Source: Thermoanaerobaculum sp. (GTDB lineage Bacteria > Acidobacteriota > Thermoanaerobaculia > Multivoradales > UBA5704). Taken from it: 64,000 nt of DNA. Positions 42,155 through 53,216 of the stretch are shown piece after piece. Location: positions 66,441-130,440 of the forward strand of contig JAJKHS010000041.1 of the NCBI GenBank assembly GCA_021154885.1, given 5' to 3'. The position numbers and the translations under genes were made by a program. Position 1 is the stretch's first letter. Every line of letters starts with the position of its first letter. The notes under the pieces were generated by a model. It saw nothing but the letters and a program-made list of their open reading frames with translations, made no database searches and was not told the origin of the DNA.

Positions 42155-43018
42155 GTGAAGGTCGCCTACTTCACGGCGGGCACCGTGGGCGTGGGGCATC
42201 TCGTCAGGGGGCTCGCCATTGGACGTGGCCTTGCCCGAGCCGGTTTCGCGGGCGAGTACCGGATCTTCGGCCCGCAGCTCCCTTTCCCGGCGGCGCAGGG
42301 ACGTGCGGAGCATGAGCCGGTCGTCGTCGAGACCGACCGCACCCTGCGCGACCGGCAACTGGCGCAGACCAGCGCGCTCGCCCGCCAGCTCCAGGGCTTC
42401 GCGCCGGACCTTCTGTTGGTGGACATGTTCTGGGCTCCCCTGCGCTGGGTGCTGCCGGCGCTGCCGTGCGCGGCCTGGCTGCTCGTCCGCATCTGCCCGC
42501 CGCACTGGCTGCTCGGTCCGCCCGGCCTCCCCTTCGAGCCCGCCCAATATGATCGGATCATCGCCGTCGAGCCCATGCCGGAGCGCGGCGCCCGCGAGTC
42601 GATCGCTCCGGTCGTGATCTGCAATCCGGACGAGTGCAGGCCGCCCGGAGCCCTGCGGGAGCGGCTCGGAGCTTCCGCCGGCCACCCATTGATCGTCGTT
42701 CTGCAGGCGGGACAGCGCGGAGAGTCCGAGCCGCTGCTTGAGGCGGCGGGTGAGGGAGCGGTCGTCCTCGACCTTTTCGAGCCCGAAGCGCTGTTCCCCG
42801 CCGCCGAATGGCTCGGAGGGGCCGACCGCATCGTCGCGGGCGCGGGGTACAATGCGTTCTGGGAAGCCCATTGGCTCGGATACGCGGAGCGGACGGAGTG
42901 GATTCCGTTCCGCCGCACGATCGACGATCAGGCCCTGCGGGTCGAGCTCGGCCGCGGCATGACCCCGCGGGAGAACGGCGCCGATACCCTGGCCCACTGG
43001 ATCGTCGCTGGAGCATGA
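42155..43018 (+). CDS. Putative GT-B-like glycosyltransferase (MurG-like motifs)
   Basis: The N-terminus KVAYFTAGTVGVGHLVRGLAIGRGL and the C-terminal IVAGAGYNAFWEAHWLG resemble GT28/GT1 motifs. The protein is short (287 aa) and overlaps the downstream gene by 4 nt. Confidence 0.4.
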   Translation: MKVAYFTAGTVGVGHLVRGLAIGRGLARAGFAGEYRIFGPQLPFPAAQGRAEHEPVVVETDRTLRDRQLAQTSALARQLQGFAPDLLLVDMFWAPLRWVLPALPCAAWLLVRICPPHWLLGPPGLPFEPAQYDRIIAVEPMPERGARESIAPVVICNPDECRPPGALRERLGASAGHPLIVVLQAGQRGESEPLLEAAGEGAVVLDLFEPEALFPAAEWLGGADRIVAGAGYNAFWEAHWLGYAERTEWIPFRRTIDDQALRVELGRGMTPRENGADTLAHWIVAGA

Positions 43019-44706
43019 CGGTGAAGCACCCTGACGAAGAGACCCCGCCCGCAGAGGCCATGGAGGACGGAGCCGATCCGCTCCTCACCCGGCGGGGCTT
43101 TCTCGCCGGAGCGGCGGGCCTGGGGGGCGCCGCCTTCGCCACCGGCGGCATCCTCACCGCCGCGGAGGCGGCGGCGAAGAGCCGGCCCGCTCCGGCCGTG
43201 GCCGCCTCGGCGGGGGACCGCCGGCTGGCCCAGGCCTTCGACGTCCGCATGCAGGCCGCCCGGCGCGAGCGCGACCTCGGGCCCGGGGTCCACCTCACCA
43301 ACGGCGAAGAGGACTCGCTGCCCGGCCGCATCGCCTGCTACTCGAAGGGCCTGCCGCACGATCGCAGCGGCAACGTCGACCTCAAGGCCTACGACGTGTA
43401 CCTGAGGGCTCTGCGCTCCGGCAGACCTGAGGATTTCGAGCGCATCCCGCTCGGCGGCTTCGTCAAGCTGGCCAACCCGCAGTCCGCCTGGGCCTGCGAG
43501 CTGATTGGCCCGGACAGCTCGCAGGTGCCATGCCCACCGCCGCCCGGCTTCGCGAGCCCCGAGCAGGGGGGGGAGATCGCGGAGCTCTACTGGCAGGCCC
43601 TGCTGCGCGACGTGCCGTTCGCCGAGTACGGCTCGCACCCGGGGGTGGAGAAGGCGGCGGCGGATCTCTCCGCGCTCGCCGCTTTCACCGGATCGCGGCG
43701 GGACGGCGGGGTGACCCCCGACACTCTGTTCCGCGGCGCGACCGCCGGCGATCTGGTTGGCCCCTATGTCTCGCAGTTCCTCTGGAAGCCCATCCCCTTC
43801 CTGCCCATCCGCATCGAGCAGAAGATCCGTACGGCGGTCCCTGGCGTCGACTACATGACTGACTTCGACGGCTGGCTGGCGATCCAGAACGGCGCCCTCG
43901 CCGGCGTCAACCGCTTCGACGAGGCTCCGCGCTTCATCCGTAACGGCCGCGACCTCGGGGAGTACGTGCACCGGGACTTCACCTATCAGTCCTTCCTCAG
44001 CGCCTGCCTGATCGCGCTCAAGGCCGGCACACAGCCCGACGGCGGCAATCCCTACAAGCACTCGCGCACTCAAGGGTCCTTCACCACCTTCGGACAGCCC
44101 TTCCTCTTCTACCTGCTCGCGGTGGTCACGCAGGCAGCGCTCAAGGGCTGCTGGTACGAAAAGTGGGCCGTCCACCGGCGCCTGCGGCCGGAGGAGTACG
44201 CCGGCCGGATCGAGGCGCACGCGAGCGGCCGGGCGCGGTACCCGCTCCCCGACGGGCTGCTCGACTCGCCGGCGGTGGCCGCCGTCCGGGAGCGCTATCG
44301 CACGGCGTTGCTGCCGCAGGCATATCCCGAAGGCTCTCCCACGCACCCCTCCTACCCGGCGGGCCACGCGGTGATCTCGGGTGCCTGCGCGACGGTGCTC
44401 AAGGCCTGCCTGGACGAGTCGCACGTGCTTCCCGAGCCCGTGCAGGCGAGCCCGGACGGCCTCTCCCTCCAGCCCTGGAAGGGGGCCGACCTGACGGTGG
44501 GCGGAGAGCTCGACAAGCTGGCCGCGAATATCAGCCTCAGCCGCGATTTCGCCGGCCTGCACTGGCGTTCGGACGCGGTGGCGGGCCTGCACCTGGGCGA
44601 GGAGGTGGCCATCCGCACCCTGGAGGAGCTGAGCCTCACCGGCAACGAGCTGTTCGCCGGCTGGAGCCTGAAGCGCTTCGACGGCCGGCGGGTGACGGTG
44701 GGGTAG
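43015..44706 (+). CDS. Tat-secreted vanadium-haloperoxidase/PAP2-superfamily enzyme
   Basis: The Tat motif is TRRGFLAGAAGLGGAAFA. PAP2/V-haloperoxidase motifs are present as KWAVHRRLRPEE, PSYPAGHA and GLHWRSDAVAG. Length is 563 aa. Confidence 0.65.
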   Translation: MTVKHPDEETPPAEAMEDGADPLLTRRGFLAGAAGLGGAAFATGGILTAAEAAAKSRPAPAVAASAGDRRLAQAFDVRMQAARRERDLGPGVHLTNGEEDSLPGRIACYSKGLPHDRSGNVDLKAYDVYLRALRSGRPEDFERIPLGGFVKLANPQSAWACELIGPDSSQVPCPPPPGFASPEQGGEIAELYWQALLRDVPFAEYGSHPGVEKAAADLSALAAFTGSRRDGGVTPDTLFRGATAGDLVGPYVSQFLWKPIPFLPIRIEQKIRTAVPGVDYMTDFDGWLAIQNGALAGVNRFDEAPRFIRNGRDLGEYVHRDFTYQSFLSACLIALKAGTQPDGGNPYKHSRTQGSFTTFGQPFLFYLLAVVTQAALKGCWYEKWAVHRRLRPEEYAGRIEAHASGRARYPLPDGLLDSPAVAAVRERYRTALLPQAYPEGSPTHPSYPAGHAVISGACATVLKACLDESHVLPEPVQASPDGLSLQPWKGADLTVGGELDKLAANISLSRDFAGLHWRSDAVAGLHLGEEVAIRTLEELSLTGNELFAGWSLKRFDGRRVTVG

Positions 44707-44746
44707 GCTTCAGGCGGTAGGAAACCGACTGGCCGGGGGAGAGTGC

Positions 44747-45182
44747 ATGCTGGAATCCCGTCTCAGGGGACTGCCGTTTTTTGAAGGTGTCGAAACGGCC
44801 AGGTTGCAACGTCTGGAGGCGCTGACGGAGACGCTGAGCCGCCAGCCGCACGCCATCGTCTACCGCACCGGGGACGCTTGCGACGGCCTGTACGTCGTCC
44901 ATCGGGGCGCCGTGCTCTTCCGGGCGGAACGGCCCGGCCCGCCCGTCGAGCGGCTGCGGGAGCTGGGAGCCGGCGAGATCTTCGGCGAGAAGGAGGCGCT
45001 CGACGGCACGCCGCGCGAAGCTCACCGTGCGCTCGCTGGGCGAGACGGACCTCCTGCGCATCCCGCTGGAGCCCCTGCGCGCGCTGCTGGCCGAGCAGCC
45101 GTTTTTGGAGACCGTCCTGCGCACGCTGGCGATCCGCCACCGCAGCGCCCAGGTGCGGGCCTCGGGTGGCGGCGGCGGCTTA
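44747..45182 (+). pseudogene. cNMP-binding-domain protein with an apparent 1-nt frameshift near 45017
   Basis: Frame A gives the cNMP beta-roll (GDACDGLYVVHRGAV...GEIFGEKEAL...TPR). The conserved continuation KLTVRSLGETDLLRIPLEPLRALLAEQP is only in the +1 frame. The frame-A tail is low-complexity nonsense. Confidence 0.5.
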
Positions 45183-45707
45183 GATCTCGACGCCGTAGTT
45201 GTCGCGCAGCCCGTTGAGGTGGTGCGTCACGTGCCCGGCCATCTTGAAAGCCAGGGCCCGCGGCGAGACCGGGAGGTTGTTCGCCACGCCGATCCGCCTC
45301 CAGTCCTCAGGCTTCAGGTGGCGGAAGAAGAGCAGGTGCCCTTTCCGCACGGCCTCGAATTCGTCCAGCAGCTCGGCGAGCGGGAAGGCGTCGTGGGGAG
45401 AGTTGCGGCCGTAGACCTTTTCGTCGAAGCCCGGCAGGGGTGTCGCGTCGCCGCGGGCGACCGAGAGCGCCCTGTAGCCGAAGACCCGCTCCGTATCGAT
45501 CACGTGTCCCACGACCTCCCGGAGGCTCCACTTCCCTTCGGCGTAGCGATGTCCCGCGCGCGACTCCGGCAGCGAGCCCAGCGCCTTCCGTACCGCGGCC
45601 GGCTGGGTGGCCAGCTCTGAGAGGACGTCCCCGCCCGGCACGAGCGAGATGTAGCGTTCGAAATAGGGTGCGTACTCCGTGGGCTCCGGCCGGCCGATCT
45701 CAGGCAT
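45180..45707 (-). CDS. DinB/YfiT-like metal-dependent hydrolase family protein
   Basis: Length is 175 aa. A HxxxD/E-type helical bundle is suggested by WSLREVVGHVIDTERVF and a C-terminal HVTHHLNGL. Confidence 0.7.
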   Translation of the reverse strand: MPEIGRPEPTEYAPYFERYISLVPGGDVLSELATQPAAVRKALGSLPESRAGHRYAEGKWSLREVVGHVIDTERVFGYRALSVARGDATPLPGFDEKVYGRNSPHDAFPLAELLDEFEAVRKGHLLFFRHLKPEDWRRIGVANNLPVSPRALAFKMAGHVTHHLNGLRDNYGVEI

Positions 45708-46075
45708 AGTCGTGTGATCCTCCTGAGGGGGAGGCTAGCACGACGGTACGGCCGGAGCGCCGCGGTTTCCTCTTCTCCGGGTCACGTGACCTGGGCGCCG
45801 GACATGCCGTAGACACCCTTCGCATCGGCAGGTGTCCCCAGGGCTTGATAGTAGAGAGGCTTGCCATTGAAAACGCCTGTTGGCGGGAGCACGCGAAGGC
45901 CTTGTCGACACGTCGCTGACGTGTCAGTGACTGATTTTTGACATGTCGGTGGAGAGTCACTGACCAGACTTGAGATCACGTTCCAAGTGCTCCGGGGCCT
46001 GGCATCAGGATTGCTCCTGCCTGAGAAAAGAAAGTGCATATCGCATTTTCCATTCGCGCAGGAGAGGAGACTCAA

Positions 46076-46627
46076 ATGGCAAGCAATGCGAACGACCGTC
46101 CCGGATCTCCAGAGGTCGAAGCCACGGCCGTCCCCACGGGTAGCTGGTACCGGTTCACCAACATGTTCCTGGGAGAGGACCGCTCGCTGGACACCTACAG
46201 CAATGCTGGCAACGAGCCGTTCATGGGCGACACCGGGAACTACTCCGGGCAGTATTGGAAAATCACCCCGCTGGGAGGCGACTATTACCGGCTCACCAAC
46301 ATGTTCCTGGGGGATGGCCGCTCTCTGGACACCTACAGCAATGCTGGCAACGAGCCGTTCATGGGCGACACCGGGAATTACTCCGGGCAGTATTGGCAAT
46401 TCACACCGCTCTCCGGGGGCTACTTCCGATTGACGAACATGTTCCTGGGAAGTGGCCGGTCTCTGGACACCTACAGCGATTTGGGCAACGAGCCGTTCAT
46501 GGGCAACACTGGAAACTATTCCGGGCAGTACTGGAAGATCACGCTGATCACGGGCACCGAAGAGATCGATTTCTCCGGTGTGGATGCGACAACCCTGAAG
46601 CCCTCCGTGCGTCGTCCCAAGAGCTGA
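46076..46627 (+). CDS. Beta-trefoil lectin-like protein (three about-47-aa repeats with QxW-like motifs), no signal peptide
   Basis: The unit YRFTNMFLGEDRSLDTYSNAGNEPFMGDTGNYSGQYWKITP repeats three times. A GGAGAGGAGA ribosome-binding site precedes the ATG. The upstream region is low in GC. Confidence 0.55.
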   Translation: MASNANDRPGSPEVEATAVPTGSWYRFTNMFLGEDRSLDTYSNAGNEPFMGDTGNYSGQYWKITPLGGDYYRLTNMFLGDGRSLDTYSNAGNEPFMGDTGNYSGQYWQFTPLSGGYFRLTNMFLGSGRSLDTYSDLGNEPFMGNTGNYSGQYWKITLITGTEEIDFSGVDATTLKPSVRRPKS

Positions 46628-46654
46628 TACCGGCGCCCGCCAACCGTGTTGCCG

Positions 46655-46690
46655 AGGGAGAGCGCTCCGTACGAGTGCTCTCCCTCTTGC
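46655..46690. terminator. Bidirectional hairpin between convergent genes
   Basis: The stem-loop reads gagggagagcgctc-cgtacga-gtgctctccctc, followed by T-rich sequence. Confidence 0.5.
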
Positions 46691-46746
46691 GTCTCTCTCC
46701 TCCCTACTTAAAAAGGTTCTTCAAGGGGCGTGGCGGCCCTGGTCGT

Positions 46747-48912
<2,166 letters not shown>

Positions 48913-49003
48913 GGAGGTCCTCCGATAAGGTCCATGTCCTTATACGCCGGACCGCTGCGGAAGTTAGCTTGGGCCGAATCGAGACAGTGCTAAACTGTTC
49001 GTC

Positions 49004-49882
49004 ATGAGCCGCCCATTGAGCCCCGAAGATCGGGCCACCCTCCGCAGTCTCTCCCGCCGCAGCGACGCCCGGGCCTTCCTGACCATTGCCGCCGACTGGG
49101 GCGTGGTCCTCCTGGCGGCGGGGTTAAGCGAAACGTTTTTCCGCCCGTGGCTGATTCCCCTTGCCGCGATCTTGATCGCACGGCAGATGAACGCGCTGTT
49201 CGAGCTCCATCACCACGCCATTCACGCCAACCTCTTCACGCGGAAGGGTTGGAATTCGAAGCTCCAGTTTTTCTATTCGCTGCCGCTGGCGACCACGATC
49301 GCGGCCGACCGCGACGATCACATGGATCACCACCGCACTTTCAACACGGTGGAGAAGGATTATCTGACCTGGGGCACGGGCTACGGCCTCGATCCGGCGC
49401 GGCGGCACGACCGGCGATACATGACCTGGTTCCTTTGGCTCCGGCCGTTCCTCGGACCGATGCAACTCGCGGATCTCAAGGAGGTCCTGACTTCGAAACG
49501 CTGGCGCGACCCCGCCTACCGCAATCCGGTGGCTACGTTCTGGATCTGCGCCGTGGCGGTCTTCCTGGCGGCCGGCCGGCTCGACCTGCTGCTCTGGTAC
49601 TGGCTCGTGCCGCGCTTCACGGTCTTCCCGATCCTCTTTTTCTGGGACGACATGCTCGGCCACTACAACTGCCCGCGCACCGGCACGCGGGAGATGCGCG
49701 GCCTGTGGTTCCGGCTCTTCGGCGCCCATGGCACGAGCTTCCACAATATTCACCACCTTTATCCGGCGATCCCCTGGTTCAACATGGAGACGGCGACCCG
49801 GCTCGCCATCGACGAGGCCGAGGTGGACGTGGCCCACGGCTTCGTGGACGGCATGCGGCAGCTCGTCGTGGCGCAGGAGTAA
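49004..49882 (+). CDS. Membrane fatty-acid desaturase family protein
   Basis: Three His boxes are present: HHHAIH, HMDHH and HNIHHLYP. Hydrophobic membrane segments are present. Confidence 0.8.
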   Translation: MSRPLSPEDRATLRSLSRRSDARAFLTIAADWGVVLLAAGLSETFFRPWLIPLAAILIARQMNALFELHHHAIHANLFTRKGWNSKLQFFYSLPLATTIAADRDDHMDHHRTFNTVEKDYLTWGTGYGLDPARRHDRRYMTWFLWLRPFLGPMQLADLKEVLTSKRWRDPAYRNPVATFWICAVAVFLAAGRLDLLLWYWLVPRFTVFPILFFWDDMLGHYNCPRTGTREMRGLWFRLFGAHGTSFHNIHHLYPAIPWFNMETATRLAIDEAEVDVAHGFVDGMRQLVVAQE

Positions 49883-49909
49883 GTCTGAACGTCGAATGGC
49901 GAATCAAGA

Positions 49910-51547
49910 ATGTCGAAACATCGAGCTCGCCCCATTCGCCATTCTTCATTCGCCATTCTCCATTCACCTGTGGTGCTGGCCGGCAAGACCGCCGCCCCCT
50001 GCGGGCGCTCGGCGGAGCCCTGGATCCTCGCCGCCACCATCCTCGGCTCCAGCATGGCGTTTATCGACGGCACAGCGGTGAACGTCGCGCTGCCGGCCTT
50101 GCAGGCGAGCCTGGGGGCCACGGTCACCCAGGTGCAGTGGGTGGTCGAGGCGTACGCCCTATTCCTCTCGGCCCTGCTGCTGGTGGGCGGCTCGCTGGGG
50201 GACCACTTCGGCAGGCGGCGGGTGTTCCTCCTCGGCGTCGCCGGGTTCGCACTGGCCTCGGCGTGGTGCGGCTTGGCGCCGGACACGGCGCAGCTCATCG
50301 GGGCGCGGGCCGTTCAGGGGATCGCGGCGGCGCTCCTGGTGCCGGGGAGCCTGGCCCTGCTCTCGGCCTCCTTCGACGAGACGCGGCGCGGACGGGCCAT
50401 CGGCACGTGGTCCGGCTTCGGCTCGATCACCGCGGCCGTGGGGCCGCTGGTGGGCGGCTGGCTGATCGATCACACGTCATGGCGCTGGGTGTTCGCCCTC
50501 AATCTGCCGCTCGCCCTGGCGGTGACGGTCATCGCGCTGCGCTACGTGCCGGAGAGCCGCGATCCCGAAGCGTCCGGCCGGCTGGATTGGCCGGGGGCGC
50601 TGCTGGCCACCGCCGGTCTGGGCGGGGTGACGTACGGCTTCATCGAGTCGTCGCGCCTCGGGTGGGGCAACCCACAAGCGTGGGGAGCGATCGTGATCGG
50701 CGCCGCGTCGCTGGCGGCCTTCCTCGCGGTGGAGGCAAGGTCGCCGCAGCCCATGATGCCGCTCTCGCTGTTCCGGTCGCGGATCTTCGCCGGGGCCAAC
50801 CTGCTGACGCTCTGGCTCTATGCGGCGATGGCCGGCGCCTTGTTCTTCCTGCCGTTCAACCTCATCCAGGTGCAGGGTTACAGTGCCACGGCGGCCGGCG
50901 CCGCGCTGCTGCCGTTCGTCGTCCTCATGTTCTCCCTCTCCCGCTGGTCCGGCGGGCTGGTGGACCGCTACGGGGCGCGCCGGCCGCTGATCGTGGGGCC
51001 GGCCGTGGCCGCCGGCGGCTTTACCCTGTTCGCCTTTGCGGGGACCGGCGGCAGCTACTGGGCGTCGTTTTTTCCGGCCATCCTCGTCCTGGGGCTGGGC
51101 ATGGCGATCAGCGTCGCGCCGCTCACCACGGCGGTGATGGGCGCGGTGGACGAGCGGCACGCGGGAGTGGCATCGGGCATCAACAACGCCGTCTCGCGTT
51201 GCGCAGGCCTGCTGGCCATCGCCGTGCTGGGGCTCGTCCTGCTGGGCGTCTTCAGCCGCAGCCTCGACCGCCGCCTCGCGGGGCTCGACCTGCCGCCGGA
51301 AACGCGACAGGTCCTGGAAGCCGGGAAGACCCGGCTGGCCGCTCTGCAAGCGCCGGCCGCGGCGCCGCCGGAGGTGCGGGCCCGGGTCCACGCCGCGGTG
51401 GACGGGGCCTTCCTCGACGGCTACCGGCGGGTGATGCTGGTGGCGGCCGGGCTGGCGCTGCTGGCGTCTCTGAGCGCCGCCTGGCTGTTGTCTTCTTCTT
51501 CGCCGGGCCCTCTGTCAAGAGTAGAATCAGATCCCAACTTGCCGTAG
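49910..51547 (+). CDS. MFS transporter, DHA2 (14-TMS drug:H+ antiporter) family; start uncertain (possibly GTG near 49963)
   Basis: TM1 contains ILAATILGSSMAFIDGTAVNVALP. Fourteen hydrophobic segments are present. Confidence 0.85.
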   Translation: MSKHRARPIRHSSFAILHSPVVLAGKTAAPCGRSAEPWILAATILGSSMAFIDGTAVNVALPALQASLGATVTQVQWVVEAYALFLSALLLVGGSLGDHFGRRRVFLLGVAGFALASAWCGLAPDTAQLIGARAVQGIAAALLVPGSLALLSASFDETRRGRAIGTWSGFGSITAAVGPLVGGWLIDHTSWRWVFALNLPLALAVTVIALRYVPESRDPEASGRLDWPGALLATAGLGGVTYGFIESSRLGWGNPQAWGAIVIGAASLAAFLAVEARSPQPMMPLSLFRSRIFAGANLLTLWLYAAMAGALFFLPFNLIQVQGYSATAAGAALLPFVVLMFSLSRWSGGLVDRYGARRPLIVGPAVAAGGFTLFAFAGTGGSYWASFFPAILVLGLGMAISVAPLTTAVMGAVDERHAGVASGINNAVSRCAGLLAIAVLGLVLLGVFSRSLDRRLAGLDLPPETRQVLEAGKTRLAALQAPAAAPPEVRARVHAAVDGAFLDGYRRVMLVAAGLALLASLSAAWLLSSSSPGPLSRVESDPNLP

Positions 51548-51566
51548 AGATACGCGAGGAGGACTT

Positions 51567-52578
51567 TATGATCAAGAAATCAGTGCTCTGCATCGCCCTT
51601 CTGGCGGTCTCGGCGGCGCTCGCCACGGCCGTCGCCGACGCCCCGCGCGCCAGGGATTTCGACTTCACCTACAGCGCGCACATCGCGGAGCTGCCGGCGG
51701 ACGCCCATCGGGTGGACGTCTGGCTGCCCTACCCGACGAGCGACGAAAATCAGGAGGTGACGGTCACCGAGGTCAACGCGCCCTTTCCGCACGAGGTCCT
51801 CAAGGAATCCAAGTACGGCAATTCGATCCTGCACCTCTCGGTCAGCGATCCGAAGGTGCACGATTTCGACGTCGACCTGAAGGTTCGGGTGCGGCGCAAG
51901 GAGTACCTCCACAACGCTTTCGCGTCCCTGCGGACCGGTGCGAAGGGGGCGCGGCCGGCATCGGTCGCGATGTGGCTGAAGCCGGACCGGCTGGTGCCGG
52001 TCGACGACCGCATCCGCGGCATCGCCCGCGGCGTGACCCGCGGCAAAAAAGGCGACCTCGCCAAGGCCCGGGCCATCTACGACTACGTGGTCGACACCAT
52101 GGCGTATGACAAGAGCGGCACCGGCTGGGGCAACGGCGACATCTACTGGGCCTGCGACGCGAAGCGGGGCAACTGCACTGACTTCCACGCCCTCTTCATC
52201 GGCCTCAACCGCGCGGTGGGGATCCCCGCCAAGTTCGCGATCGGTTTCCCCGTCCCGCCGGATCGCGGCCAGGGGGAGATCGCCGGTTATCACTGCTGGG
52301 CGGAGTTCTACCTGGACGGCTACGGCTGGGTGCCGGTCGACGCGTCGGAGGCACGCAAACATCCGGAGAAGCGGGATTACTTCTTCGGCGCTCACGACGA
52401 GAACCGGGTGCAGTTCACACTCGGACGGGACATCGTCCTCAATCCCAAGCAGGCCGGCGATCCACTGAACTACTTCATCTATCCCTATGTCGAGGTCAAC
52501 GGCCAGCCGTTCTCGAAGGTCACGAAGACCTTCCACTACAAGGATCAGGAGGCGCCGGCCAAGGCCGCCGGCAGATAG
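51567..52578 (+). CDS. Secreted transglutaminase-like cysteine protease domain protein
   Basis: The signal peptide is MIKKSVLCIALLAVSAALATAVA. The Cys-His-Asp core is GNCTDFHALF...YHCWAEFYL...GWVPVD. Confidence 0.75.
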
Positions 52579-52605
52579 CTTCACTACATGGCGTTGACTT
52601 GACGC

Positions 52606-52726
52606 TTAGGGTAGGGGCGGGTCTGGACGGCAGGTTGGGGGCTCGACCCGCCCTGGTGGGGACGATGTCAACGTTGCAGGGCGGGTCGCGCCCCCTCCCG
52701 CCCGTCCAGACCCGCCCCTACCCTAA
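52606..52726. repeat. Compound inverted repeat: perfect 25-bp outer arms plus an inner imperfect palindrome
   Basis: The outer arm ttagggtaggggcgggtctggacgg at 52606-52630 matches ccgtccagacccgcccctaccctaa at 52702-52726. The inner pair is ggctcgacccgccctg and cagggcgggtcg. Confidence 0.5.
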
Positions 52727-52889
52727 TCCAAGCCCGACGCGTCACTGACGTGTCAGCCGCGCTCCCCGAGGCTTCCGCGGCCCGAAAATCCGCTTTTTCC
52801 GCTGGCACTCACCTTGCTATTACCCCCTCGGCAACGATCCGGATCGCAACCTTCAACCAGGGCTCCGAGCCCGAAGAAAGGAAAATCCG

Positions 52890-53129
52890 ATGCCTCTCGT
52901 CCTCTTGCAGAAGGGTAAGTCTCTGCCGTTGCACGAAGGAGATCACGACGCCGTCACCAATCCCAACACCAAGGAAGGTCAGTACGTGCTGGCCTTCAAC
53001 CTGATGCCGCTCTCGATTCAACACCACATCCTCCCCCACGGGCACCAGGCGTTCGTCGTTCCCAAGGGCGGAGCGTCGGTCGAGAACAACGGGCACGTCG
53101 ACCTCGTCGTCATCACTCCGGGTCTGTGA
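52890..53129 (+). CDS. Small hypothetical protein (79 aa), possibly cupin-like
   Basis: An AAGGAAA ribosome-binding site is present. The His-rich stretch is HHILPHGHQAFVV. Evidence is weak. Confidence 0.3.
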   Translation: MPLVLLQKGKSLPLHEGDHDAVTNPNTKEGQYVLAFNLMPLSIQHHILPHGHQAFVVPKGGASVENNGHVDLVVITPGL

Positions 53130-53216
53130 TCGCGGTGCCCGGCGGGGAGACCCGCCGGGCGCATCGGTCCCGGCGCCGTGGTATCGTAGGCACGACAGGA
53201 AAGGAGCTGACACCAA

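Noticed and set aside
45027-45620. 197-aa plus-strand ORF extending beyond the cNMP-binding region
   Set aside because: Only its first roughly 50 codons are meaningful (the frameshifted C-terminus of the cNMP-binding gene). The rest runs antisense through the DinB-family gene.
45782-46399. 205-aa minus-strand ORF
   Set aside because: It is antisense to the three-repeat lectin-like gene. Its apparent internal repeats are the mirror of the real coding repeats.
49147-52578. 1143-aa plus-strand ORF
   Set aside because: This open frame spans the desaturase, MFS and transglutaminase-like genes in a non-coding frame for the first two. Only its last 337 codons (51567-52578) are the real transglutaminase-like gene.
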